From Paragordius varius (taxonomy: Eukaryota; Animalia; Nematomorpha), in NCBI GenBank assembly GCA_964247055.1, contig OZ176052.1, forward strand, positions 5,332,001 through 5,396,000: a DNA stretch of 64,000 nucleotides, written 5' to 3'. Made by a program: the position numbers and the translations under genes. Within the stretch, counting starts at the first letter, position 1; each line of letters opens with the position of its first letter. Positions 51,731 to 64,000 of this stretch are shown one piece after another. The notes beneath the pieces were generated by a model. That model searched no databases and had not been told where the DNA came from. It saw only the letters and a list, made by a program, of their open reading frames with translations.

Positions 51731-52299
51731 TAATGTGCGGTGCAATATTTTGATATAGAGCATTTACCCAAAAGGTGCAATTAATGTTATTAAATTTCTC
51801 GTAAGCCCTAAAAACAAAAACAGCATGAGAATCTTGATACATCTTTTAACATACTAAATAAAATTTATTAGGCTATGCATGCACAAGATTTTGTGCCGTG
51901 TGTATTGGTTTTTTTGAGATTATTATATATATTAAATGTTGGTTAGAAAAAAATTCCATGAACCCTAAAAGTCTCACAATTTTTATGCTTTAATATCTCG
52001 TGTTTATAATAAACGCATAAAAATTTTAAGCGATAACATTTTTTAACACTTCATGAATTTTTTATCCGATTGTTTGGGTAGTGCTATATCCCAGAACTCA
52101 ATCTATAAATAAACTATGTTTTAAAAATTATTTTATAAAAATTAATCATCAAACATTGTTCTCCTATGTTAGTTTTAAAAAAACTTTGATTTTTTACAGT
52201 TTTGTAACATCTAGAAAATTGGGACTGCCCCAAAACACGATTGAAACGAACAGTTGCTATAAACAAAATATATATAGTTTTTGCTGGTAAAATATAGCC

Positions 52300-53180
52300 T
52301 AAAAGCTTTTTATTAATTATTATTTAAACCATAATATACATTTATTCTGTTGCATTAGCGATTTAAAAAATTGCGATAAAAATTTTTATATACTAGATTT
52401 TTATATCAACTAAAAAAATTTATTAAATGCATATTTTTTCAAAAATTTAACTTTTTTTCAAATATTGAAGCGTACTTCATATTATTTTGAGACATGATGG
52501 AAACGGTTTAAAACATTTTAAGATCTTATATAATTCGATGATGCTGAACATTTTTATTATTTCAGTAATTCGATTTAAATATTCGTTCGTCTTCAAATTT
52601 ATGTTAAATAATTATTGTGTTTTTACAAATATTCACAAATACGAACCTTTAAATAATTCTGAAACTATAAATTTAGCATCATTTAATTATAAATAAAGCG
52701 TTTTTATAATGTCGTTTTTAAATCGTTCCATAATGCTTAAATAGTATAAAATAAAGTATTCTTCACCAATTTTTTTTTAAAAATTAAATTTTTGATCAAG
52801 GTATGCATTTCAAAAAATATTTTTATTTGATATCAAAATTTAGCAATTTTATATTTTTATCGAGCGATCCCGACATTTTTTCCGAGGACTTCATAGAAGA
52901 GCAAAAAATTTGGGACTTTCGGAGCCTACATCTGCAAATTTAAATTTTTCAAAATAATGTTTTTATTTGTAGTTTATGGATATTTTAGTGATATTTTCTG
53001 GAATGAAGCAATTTGCTTTAACCAAAAAAAATAATTCAAAAATGCGCAAATTTAGGTATTTTCTGATATGGAGCATTTACCATAAAAGTGTAAAACAACT
53101 ATGATAATCCTGGTATATTTTCCCATCGATATATATATATATATATATATATTTCTTCAGGTTGCTTTTTTAACACTGTG
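52300..53180. mobile_element. Partial foldback element ending in CACTGTG (another right-arm fragment lies at ~51740-52083)
   Basis: CATGATGGAAACGGTTTAAAA, GGGACTTTCGGAGCC and GGAGCATTTACCATAAAAGTG blocks, then (TA)n and CAGGTTGCTTTTTTAACACTGTG at the end. Confidence 0.7.
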
Positions 53181-53451
53181 TTATACGCCTAAAAGGCTAA
53201 AGAAAACACATTTTTAAATTCGACTCACCTTGATTATTTAGAAATATTCAAATTTTAAATCGCTATGGGATAAAAACTACTCCAAAAGGTCATGAAGTGT
53301 ATAAAGCTTGATAATTTTATTATAATTTTATTTATGTAAAAGAATAATTAAAATCATAAAATTCCAAAGCCTCTATAAGGTTAATAAATGAAAAACATGA
53401 GGCCGCTGACAATTTTCAGCTAATTTATAAAATATGTTTTCCAATCTTTAA

Positions 53452-53928
53452 CACTTGGATACACATTCATTTCACTTCGATTCTAATTAAGGTCTTTTAA
53501 CGCCAAGCCTATTTAAAAACAAAATTTAAAAATAAGCATCGTTCATACTTTTAAAATTATAAAAAAAGATCTTATATGGGATAAACCTGAAATTTAGCCA
53601 TCATGCCATGTGTTCATTAGCCAAATATAAAGTTAATACAAATAAACCATTTTCTCCGTATATATTAATCATAGGTGTTATTTCAATAAATAATTAACTT
53701 TAATATTAATGCTATATTCAAGAACAGCTCAATATTTTGCAAAGATGTGGCAAAATAAATGGCGTCAAAAGGAATGGATATGGAAATTTTTTAAAAATTT
53801 TATATGTTTTGGGCTAATTTATATTAAGAATAGCAAAAATTTAAAATATACCCCTTCCCTTTCACTTTTTTAATAATATTAATTCTAATATCGTCAGGGG
53901 CCACTAATCCTCAATTTAAATCCAAGTG
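53452..53928. mobile_element. Single reverse-oriented copy of the CACTT/AAGTG TTAA-flanked MITE
   Basis: TTAA|CACTTGGATACACATTCATTTC...AATTTAAATCCAAGTG|CTAA matches the arms at 9635-10735. Confidence 0.7.
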
Positions 53929-53976
53929 CTAAATTGACTTTATTATATTTGAACGTGGTTTTGGTTATTATACCAC

Positions 53977-54162
53977 CAGTAATACTGACCAAAATATTAA
54001 AAGGCCGCAAAAAATATTTATCTTGTCTGAAGGGCCACGCACCTTATAATACCGATAGAAATTTTATAACTGTTTGACAAATTATTATTTGCACCTATAA
54101 TAGGTATAAAGATTTTATATTAGGGCTGCATGCAACCCCTGGGCTGCGGTTTGAGGATCATT
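53977..54162. mobile_element. hAT-type MITE ending ~80 nt upstream of the GABBR1 ATG
   Basis: Right end GGGCTGCATGCAACCCCTGGGCTGCGGTTTGAGGA, with internal AAGGCCGC and AAGGGCCACG motifs. Confidence 0.5.
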
Positions 54163-54243
54163 ATATTATAGCATATCTGGTTTTATATAAAATATATTTC
54201 AACTGTTTTATGATGCATCCGCACAACCAGATGTCTTGAATAT

Positions 54244-57200
54244 ATGATTTGCGAATTTTTAAGTGCATTTTTATTGGTTTTTACGTTTGGGAATGCACAA
54301 AATTTGGTCGGGGATTATGCCGATACAGAAGTTGAATGTTCGCCCCAAAAACCAGATTTTTCGTCTGATGGCCGTAAATGCTTGCACATTGGTGGGACAG
54401 TTCCGATGGAAGGCGGATGGCCTGGAGGTCGAGGTTGTTTGCCTGCTATAAAAATGGCTCTTTCCGATGTTAACAAGAAAAAATCTCTTTTGCCCGATTA
54501 TTATTTACGGTTTCATTACAATGATAGCAAGGTAATTTTTACGCCAGATTGTTTTTTTTTAAGAGAACTATAAAAAATAAATTTCATTGATAGCTAAAAT
54601 TGTAATTAAATTCAGAAGTTATTTTGACTATAGGTCAGCTCACCAAGCTACTCGTACTAATTAGTGTTGTAGATATTTAGGTTTATTTGAACGTTATATT
54701 TTTCACCAAAATAGATTATCATGAACTATATCTATCGATTTTCTTTATAACAACTTAGTGCAATCCCGGATTAGGAACCAGGGTTCTCTATGATCTCCTT
54801 TACAATAAACCGGTAAAAATTGCACTCCTTTCCGGATGCAGTTCAGTTTCTACTACCATTGGAGAAGCCGCGCCAATGTGGAATTTAGTTGTGGTATAAA
54901 TATCGATTAGTTTGGTTTTGTAAATGTCGCGATAATTTATTATTGAATAATTCTAGATAGCAACAAAAAAAGCAATAATTTTGGCTTAAGTTAGTTTTTT
55001 CATATTAGCCACCAGTAATAAATGCTGTATATGCTATTTGAAGGAAATATTTAATATAAACCAACTTTTTATTGGATATGCCGCGATAAATTGTTTTAAA
55101 ATGTTTGTTAATTTTATATAATTTTGTCATAACGCGCACTTACAATCCTTTTCATTATATTTTTTTGATTGCAAATATTTTTTAGACTCATATACTAATT
55201 ATGCTTTTTCACTTCTTTTGAAGCTATATATATTTGACGTTATGTTTTTTAAAGTAGGGTTTATTCCAAATTTATATATGTTACAACAAATAGTTTAATC
55301 AAATCAATTTGCTCCAATTTTGTTTAAGCTAGAGAAAAAGAAATATGTCTATTTTATAATTAATTAATCGATATATAAGGTTTCATATGGGTCAAGTTCA
55401 CCCGCTCTATCAAATCGAAAACGATTTCCCACATTTTTTCGAACGCACCCCTCTCAAGCCATTCATAATCCGACACGGATTAAGCTTTTTAAGCATTTTG
55501 GGTGGCAACGCATAGCTATATTACAGGAATTACAAGAATTATTTACATCGGTATTTCACATAAGAATGTTTAAAATAATTTTTATGTATTAAAGGATATT
55601 TACGTTAATATAATATAAGAGATATTGTAACTTGAAATTTACATGTTATTGCTAAGATTTAAAAGTTTACTGTTAAAGTAAATAACAACTTATTGTACAT
55701 CAATAGAAATACCAATCAAACTTATTTAGTTTATAAATCCAATTTCGTATTTTGTTATTAGTTTCCAATTAGTGAAGACTTATAAATGCATCATTTAAAC
55801 AATAGTCATTGTAATATATTATTTTGTAAACTTTTGAGCTTTTTTTTGTTTTTATTGTTTTGATACAAAAAAAAGGAAATAAATACTTGTGTAATATGTC
55901 CATTCTAATAAAAATTCCCATTTTCTTTGATAATATATAAACTTTAAAAAATAAAAATAAAAATCTCTAATGTATTTAGACTGCCGAAGATTTGGAATCT
56001 CGACTGAAAACTGCAGGGATGGAAGTTATGACCCGTCAAAGTTTCCTGGCCGATCCGTCGGATGCTGTCAAAAATCTGAAGCGACAAGATGCAAGAATTA
56101 TTGTTGGCATTTTTTATGATAACTTTGCACAACGCGTCTTTTGTGAAGTAAATATCCTGTTATTCTTATTTTAAGTATACTTTTAACATATTTTACGATA
56201 GAAAAGCATAAAAAGTCGTTTAAGTTTATTATGGAATAGGGAATGTTATGAAAAAATATAATTATAGATATAAATTTAGGCGTAAAACGTTTATAACCAA
56301 ACCTTTTTGCATATCATTTAAATATATATTAAACCTTAATTTTAAAAATAAATTTTGGTTTCCTTTCTGTTTCTATTTAATCCTTTCTGTTTCATTTAAT
56401 ATTTTGTTATCAATAATATTTAAATAATACCAATTTTTAAGAATGTTTAAGGTGAAATCAATGTGCTTATGAAATATCAGGGAGTATCTTTATATTTAAG
56501 CGCTTTTGTATCATTATAGGTGTATAAACAAGGTTTATTTGGCAAAAAATATGTATGGTTTATCCTTGGTTGGTATCGTGATAATTGGTATGAAGGCGCA
56601 GAAAACAATACGAATTGTACGACGGAGCAATTAGCCCAAACGCTTGAACACCATTTTAGCATTGAAAGTTTAATGCTAAACCAAGATCTAACAGTCACCA
56701 TATCTGGAATGGTTTGTTTAACATAATTATTACATTTTTTACTTTTGACATTTAAACCCTTTTATAATAACCTTTTTCCTATAAAATTTAAATGGTCTAA
56801 TTTAAATCATTTGTTTTTTATTTAGAGATATCATATAATATTATTTTTTATTTTTATAACTTAAAAAACTTACATATAGTTTGTATTTAAAGATATATTC
56901 GGCGCTTGCCTTCTAAAAAATGTATGGTCACATGAGCTTTGATTAGTTTATTATCGCTGTTTTTTAAATAAAAGTGCAATTATAAGTTGTGAATCAGGTG
57001 TGGTACTAAATTCGTTAAAACAATCTATATAGAATTTTCTCTACAAGTAATTTTAAAAAATAAATTTAACTATGGCCTTGGACTTTTAATTTATTAAATA
57101 TTTGTATATAATACTATATAAGCCTCGTTAAAAACATTATAATGATTTTTATGTATTGCCAATCTTGATACTACCTTACCAAAAGTTTATTCATTCAGAA

Positions 57201-60200
57201 TATGTATGTTATGCGATTCGCAGACAGGAGGAATCTCGAAACAAAAAACTAATTTGTTAGATCGCAAATTTGTCCCTAAACGGTTACGGTGAACAGAATC
57301 CCATTCCGATGATTTGTTGATTAATTACCTTTTTTTATATCAAATTAAAAAAACACTTTTTTCAATATTGCCAATTGCTTATCGATTTTTACGATTTGTA
57401 CAAAAGCAAGGACTTATCACAAAATTTAACAATTATTTCGTTTATTGCAAAATTGATTCCTTAACCGTGACGGGTGTGGTAGAAGCCCCATTCGCCTTAA
57501 TTACTTTCCTAGTTTTTCCTATATACATAAAATTCGAAAAAGAAACACTTTTATCAATATTTCCCCAAACTCCAACTGTTTAAAAAAATATAGTATATAA
57601 TATATGTTATGTAATATAATATAATATATAGACAGCACAAGAATTCATTACAAAACTCAACATTTATTTCGTGGATCGCAAAATTGACCCTTTAACAGTT
57701 ACGGGGATGGCTGAAGCTCCACTAGCCTATGATGCGGTTTGGGCCCTGGCCCTTGCTTTCAATAAAACGGCTGAAACACTCAAGTTGCGTTACGGTAATC
57801 GAATGTACCTTGAACATTTCACGTACACTGACAAATACATTAGTAATTTACTCTATCAAAGTATGAGTGAAACCAAATTTTTTGGCGTATCGGTAAGTGT
57901 TGTACTGCACAGTATTTACTTGAGTATGTAATAAATAGGTATAAATGAAAATTATTTATCCCATTTTATTCAGGAAAGGGATTGTGGTATACGAATGTTA
58001 AGAATACATAAATTGTAAATATTTAATGGCAAAGTTTTAAAATTAATGATATATAGCACAAATATTACTTTTATCGATGTTAAAAGAAATTTTAAAGAAA
58101 TCGATTTAACTAAATAACATTATCTTGATCTTAAAGACACTTTTTGTTAAATTGTAATAGCCTCTAAATGTGGATTAGAATCACATTATTGATAATTTAT
58201 TAAGTTTTTAATTTTACAATATTTTCTTTAGGGTATGTTAACTTTTACTGATAGTGGGGATCGTACGGCTTGGACCCTTTTGGAACAAATGATTAGTGAG
58301 TTTTTTTGTAGAATATATAATAATTTAATCATATAGGCATCTTAATTTAATTGACCCACCAAATTGATAGGCCTTTTAAAAAAATTTAATAATAATATTT
58401 AAAGTTTTCTATATTCAATCATATATATATATATATTATCATTTTATTTTATTTTGCTAAAATGATTATATAGCTTGTGTTTAAATTTATTAAATCTACA
58501 CGGTAATCATGGAATTTGGTTTAAAATTATGTATTTTTAGATGGTAAATACGTTAAACTTGCATATTATCATCACTATGATGATAATCTCACGTGGATCC
58601 GAGATCCTGAATGGCCTGGTATATTTTATAAAATAAAATTTATTTATTACAAAAAGAAAATTTTGCTATCAAAAGCCGATTTTATTATAATAATAATAAT
58701 AGTAAATTATCGACATACTGATAAGGAGGATATTTGATTGTTCCACTATAAAACTTTTAAAAAAGTAAGAAGTGAAAACCGACACTACCTATTAAACCCA
58801 TAAACGGTTTTAAAATAGTGTTTTGTCATAAAATGTATAGCGTCAATTTGTAGAATAATTATTATGGCTAGTTTTTACATTGAATAAAAAAAATATTAAA
58901 CCAGGCACAATTTTAATAAAATGTCACAAAATTTTAACATTATTTAATCATAATATGTTGATCAAAACAATTTTCCGTTACTTAAAAACTTTATATATAT
59001 TTAAAAAGTATGTATACCGGAGGTATTTAAAATAAATTAGAGTTTTAAGACCGATTTTATCTCTTTTTATTAAGCTAATTAATTTACATAAAAATACAGT
59101 AAAAATTGAAATTATATGGACAAAATGTAAAAAAAACTGAATGACAAATATTTTAAAGACAACTACATTTTTGATTAATTGTAAATGATCATTTTATGTT
59201 GCGTAATAAGATTAGGGATGTAAATTACTGGTACACTCATTTATATAAGTCAAATTGAATTATAAAATAGTTAGTTTATTTAAAAAAATAAAGTAAAAAA
59301 GTATGGTTGTCTTTTATTTTTGGTTTTATCTGTATTTTATACCTTTACGCCTTTTTTTATTTAGGACGAGGCCCCCCTTCGGATCGAACACTTATCAAAC
59401 ATGAATTACTTACTATTTCTCGGCGACTATTTTGGGGTGTTTCGATAGCATCTGCAATATCCATACTAATTTGTATCGCATGTGCCACATTTAATCGATT
59501 TTACCGTACCCGATTGTAAATTTTCCGTTTATTACTTTTTTTTTCTTATATATTTATTGAAATAAATACAGTAGTGTGTGGTAATTAAAATAAATGATTG
59601 AAACAAATAATTTTTTCAAAAATTTTAACATTCGTTTTGTTTATTTGATTATGGACTTACATTTTTACACAATGCGATACTATCTTACAAATGATTTTAA
59701 TTTTTTATACAAACTAGAATAATAGCTAATTCCGATCCATGGTACAATGATATAATGTTGCTTGGAAATGTGATGTGTCTTTGTGCAGCTGTTTTATTTG
59801 GCATAGATGGTAGATTAGTTACGGCCCCATATGCCTACGATAAAATATGTCGGGTATTAAAAATTAAAAATTTGAAATTTATTATTTTAAAGGTAACGTC
59901 AAAATTGAAAGACAAATAACTTTTAAATGCAATTTAAAACTTTGTTTTTTTATATCATTTTAAAGGTCAAAATTGAAAGACAAATATTTTTTAATGTAAT
60001 TTAAAACTTTGTTTTTTTTTCTAAAAAACTTTTTTGATTAAAATTGTTAAATATATATAAAAGGGTGTGTTATCTTTTCATCAATATACCGTATTGCAAC
60101 GCACCAAATGATAGATTAGATAAAATATTCAAGAATATGGTTGTTTTGTTTAAAAAATATGTCTTTTTTACGTTTTGTTTCTATAATTTCAAGTTTTGCC

Positions 60201-62540
60201 AAATTGTAAAATTTATTTTTGATAACTCTAAACTTATGCGTATTTTAGGCAAGGTTATGGTTATTCGCTATGGGATTTTCATTCGCATTTGGCGCCCTCT
60301 TTACCAAAGTTTTTAAAATACACGCTCTAAGGGCATATGTCAAGAAAGATAAGGTATAATTTATTCTGCTTTGTCTGTATTTATGTTGCAAAGCTGTATT
60401 TTAATAAATATTGATATTAAGTTAGTTATCATCCCAATAAATTAAATTAATTTTAAAAATATAAGAATCGATATTTTAAAAAGTTTCATCTCTACTATAA
60501 TTTTTTTAAAATATATAGTCTGTAAATCAACTGGTAAAATCATCCAATAAAGAACAGAATGATTTTACTGTGTCAAAGGTTGGAACCGGTATTGCCATCA
60601 ATTTTTTGCACCAGTTAATACCTGTTATAATTTATTTATTAATTAATATTTTTTTTATTCTCAATAAGTTTTTTAAATTTTGTCACATGGTTAAAAATGG
60701 CCTTAAATTAGTTTTTGTAATATGATTCGATTTAAACTTTTATATATATTTTAGCCAAAGGAAGTGTTAACGTACAATTTTTTTATACCCATATTTTTGG
60801 CATGCGATGTTTTATTCATCATTATTTGGCGGGTAACGGACCCGCTTCACAAAACACTCCAAGATTACCCCATGATCTCAAAATCGACCGCTGATGTTGA
60901 ATACAAAATTTTACCGCAACTTGAAGTCTGTTACTGTAGACGTCTAAAGACTTGGCTTTGTAATAAAATTTTAGTTACTATTCTTTTTTTGAGTCAAAAT
61001 ATACATTATTTATTGGTTTACCATTTTTTAATTTTAAATAAAATTGACCAGAGTCAATAATTAAGCGCTTTTTAAAGCTTTGTCCGTTGTTAACTTTACA
61101 TTAGTATTTAAAGAATGGCGCAAAAAATATATGTGCACCAAAAATAGTATAAGAACATTAAAAAATTATTCCGATTATGTTTCCCAAGTTAGCATTTAAA
61201 CTTGAGCGATTTTATATATTTTATTGTTTTACCGTTTAGATATATTGTACGGTATCAAAGGTATGGTGCTAATTTTTGGTGTATTCATGAGCTTTGAAAC
61301 GAGAAAAGTCTTTATACGCCAAATCAATGACTCAAAATTGGCTGGTATTGCAATCTATAACGTTGTGGTAAGTAAAAAGCTTAATTGTCAATATTATCGA
61401 TTTAGATTATTTCAAATTAAATGGGCAGTATTGGTCAATCCGTTTATTCATCAATTTAGATATTTTTTTAATCATCCCTATTTTTAACGGAAAGTTAGTT
61501 AATTTTTCACGGAGGGAAATGCTAAACAAGAACCTAGAGTGTGAAATTCGGAACCGGAGTGCGGATTTAATATAAAAGATTTGCTTTTAGATATGTAGCT
61601 TCTCGGCCCGTCTTTTAAAAAATCAAAAAAAACGAATATTACGAACTGGAACCAATTTTGTTTTAAGTTTTAATCCGTAGTTTTAATAATTTGCTTAAAA
61701 ATTAGTTCCGATTTTGCTTTTAAGTCTTGGTAAAAGAAAATACTATTTGGTTATTAGCAACTATATGCGTTGCAAAAATAGTTAATAGGGATAGTATTTA
61801 TATATATGTCTATGCAAAATACTAGATTTTATGCGTGGTAACTGTCCCAATGACACTTCTCATTACGAATGATCATAATGCTACTTTTGCTTTTGTATCC
61901 ATTAGCATTATAGTAGCTACGTTAATTGCAACACTGATTATGTTTGCGCCTAAAGTATATATTTTATATTAAATTTATATTGAATTCATATATTTTAAGG
62001 ATTTTAGGTAGTTTATTAGATTTTAATTATTATAATAACATTTTTTATTTTTTGAGGATGTTCGATATTTTGGTTGATTTTTTTGTACAATTTTGTGAAT
62101 ATAATATTTTTACTCTTTTTATTTTTGTGAATAAAATGGGTATAAAACTGATTATTCACTTTAGGCTGCTTTTTAAAAATTTATGATGTCATATTTGAAC
62201 CATATCCAAAAAAGCCTTTGCTTTTTAGGCCGATCAATGGTTAATATATATTTTTTAGAATAACTTTACGAGATAAGGTTCATTACATTTCTAAGGGTTT
62301 TTTTAAACCTAACTTTTATTTTTTCCGCATATAGTTTTCATAAAATTTGGTTTTTTACACTTTCTAATTTAAATTTTTTTACGTGAAAATAAGGTTTATT
62401 ACATTTGGCAACGTAAAATGGATGACATAACGAGTCAAGTGGCTCCTGGAACCACTCATATGAGCAAGGAAGAGGAGGATAAATACCAACAGTTAGTCGA
62501 TGAAAATGACGAAATTTTGGCCCAAATCGCGCAAGTTTAA
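54244..62540 (+). CDS. GABBR1: GABA-B receptor subunit 1 (class C GPCR, no sushi domains). Exons 54244-54531, 54759-54893, 55380-55550, 55980-56147, 56520-56711, 57632-57892, 58232-58295, 58541-58618, 59365-59515, 59718-59853, 60249-60353, 60755-60959, 61240-61367, 61826-61954, 62394-62534, then either read-through to the stop at 62540 or a last exon 62638-62691
   Basis: Signal peptide, [77 protein letters not shown], seven TM segments and a short coiled coil ([23 protein letters not shown]). The orthosteric GABA-binding residues known from mammalian GABAB1 are all present. Confidence 0.95.
57224..57310 (+). pseudogene. Decayed copy 1 of GABBR1 exon 6 (5' part)
   Basis: Keeps a CAG|ACA acceptor. 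GATCGCAAATTTGTCCCT-AAACGGTTACGG matches GATCGCAAAATTGACCCTTTAACAGTTACGG. Frameshifted, with an early TGA. Confidence 0.7.
57407..57550 (+). pseudogene. Decayed copy 2 of GABBR1 exon 6, still in frame
   Basis: [30 protein letters not shown] against [30 protein letters not shown]: 68/90 nt identical with no indels. Confidence 0.85.
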
Positions 62541-62939
62541 AAATTGGCCAAAATAGTTTAAGTTTTTAAAAAAAAAGTTATTGGTTTTATATATTAAAAA
62601 AGGTATATAAGAGTTGATGATTAATTTTATTTTAAAGGGACCATTGGCATCTTGTGGGCAAAACGCAAGAACTAAACACGAATATTTTTAAAACTTTATT
62701 ATTTTATATTATTGTAATAATTATAATTGTGCGGACAAATTGATAAAACTTTATAAAAAAATTGTAATACAACCATACTTTACCATATAAACTCTTGACA
62801 ACTATAAATTATTTTATGAGTGTTTTATTTTGCCATCCAAAATAATGAGTTAAATTAAACAATTTAAAGAGTATGATTGTCTTATTGTCCTTTAGTATGA
62901 CGAAGGTTTTGTAAAATAAGATTCGTATAAACGTCAAGG

Positions 62940-63615
62940 TAGAAAAAATATCAAATTTTCGCATAAAGACATCATCAGGAGTTGTATAATAATTAGCAAA
63001 AAAAATTAAATTGATGTGACTAATCAATAATTTTAAAATTGACATATTGGACAAAGAAAAGTATTACAAAAAAACCGTTATAGTATGGCGCATGTAGCAA
63101 AATTTTTTTATAACGCACATATGTTTTATATTCACCCAAATAATAAAGAATAAAACATAAAAAAGCAATATCAATACTATAAAAAGGTTAAGAAATAAAC
63201 TATAATTTTTAATAAAAAAATTAGTCTCTTGGTGTATATCCCGCTTCTCTTCGCGCCTACTTAGTATGCATTTTTGTGAGCACTCTATGAATACATAATC
63301 TTTGGTTAGTTTGGATTTGAGCTTCTTTTCGACTGCTAGGATAACTAACGATTCAGAACTATGGTTTTCATCCAAACAATGTAAGAACGGGGCTGAATTT
63401 TTGCTTCTTACATGGTCTTTGAACCTCACCTTTATGTTTCTTTTCGACTGTCCTATGTACTTAGCATGACAGTTATTGGAATAAAACTGTATATTGTATT
63501 TTCAGATATCGCGAGTTTCAACATTGTGAGAACGTTTTGTAGTAAACTTTTAAAAAAAGTTTTCTTTTTAGAATTTTGCTAAGGTTGACAAGTGAAGTCG
63601 TACAGTATTTTCACC
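62940..63615 (-). mobile_element. Penelope-like retroelement 3' fragment (GIY-YIG endonuclease + 3' UTR)
   Basis: Minus strand reads (T)IYS...NNCHAKYIGQSKRNIKVRFKDH...SAPFLHCLDENH...VILAVEK, which is the PLE-type GIY-YIG signature, with one frameshift near its start. Confidence 0.8.
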
Positions 63616-64000
63616 AGGGATATCACCAAGTGTCTTTAAAAATAATAATACATCAGTGTAGATCGGTTACGCTAATGGTGCCTGCAACACTACCAGACAT
63701 ATGTTATACAAATGAATCATAATCGTATCCTGGTATAATCCAGACTAGTCGTAAAAATGTATGCCTACCCTACAGCGGAATTTCTACCGACCTTGGCAAA
63801 ATTCAAAAAAGAATAAATAATTTAAAAGTTACTTTAAACCTAGAGCAAACGTTATCAATGTTGAGAACTCGCGATATTGCAATAATTGTCAAGCTAAGTA
63901 CCTTACATTTAAAAAGAGAGGTAAAGGTGAGGTAATATTCAGCCATATTTTTACATTGTTTGGATGACTAGATCGTTAGATATCCTAGCAATCGATAAGA
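63605..64000 (+). mobile_element. Second Penelope-like fragment (RT thumb, linker, GIY-YIG), inverted relative to the first and running off the window
   Basis: Plus strand encodes VCLPYSGISTDLGKIQKRINNLKV. Its sequence matches the reverse complement of 63330-63615 (for example GAAACTCGCGATA, TAAAGGTGAGG, TTACATTGTTTGGATGA, ATCCTAGCA.TCGA). Confidence 0.75.

Noticed and set aside
1-64000. tRNA, rRNA, snRNA or spliced-leader RNA genes, and species identity
   Set aside because: No cloverleaf, rRNA or Sm-site/leader signature was seen by eye, although a covariance-model search would be needed to exclude them. The taxon cannot be fixed without a database search.

Overview
Very AT-rich eukaryotic (metazoan, probably protostome) genomic DNA with five intron-containing genes, rebuilt by hand from GT-AG splice sites with reading-frame phase checked at every junction: the 3' part of a neprilysin/M13 peptidase (+), AP-1 mu1 adaptin (-, complete, 422 aa), nuclear factor I (+, first exon not found, about 995 aa and very Asn/Gln-rich), a 1276-aa secreted/transmembrane protein joining a Sib/integrin-beta-like N-terminal region to a full ZP module (+), and GABA-B receptor subunit 1 (+, C-terminal end uncertain). 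Introns and intergenic DNA hold decayed mariner, Transib-like, hAT and Penelope-like elements, several MITE families and a ~315-bp tandem array. The most striking signal is three ultra-short spliceosomal introns (23, 23 and 26 nt) that are required to rebuild conserved proteins, sitting beside introns of 60-4500 nt in the same genes. Other highlights are the unusual Sib-like + ZP architecture, decayed tandem exon copies in NFI and GABBR1, a MITE nested in its own TTAA site, and an inverted Penelope duplication with a vestigial hammerhead core. The species cannot be identified from the sequence alone, and all homology calls are from recalled motifs, not database searches.
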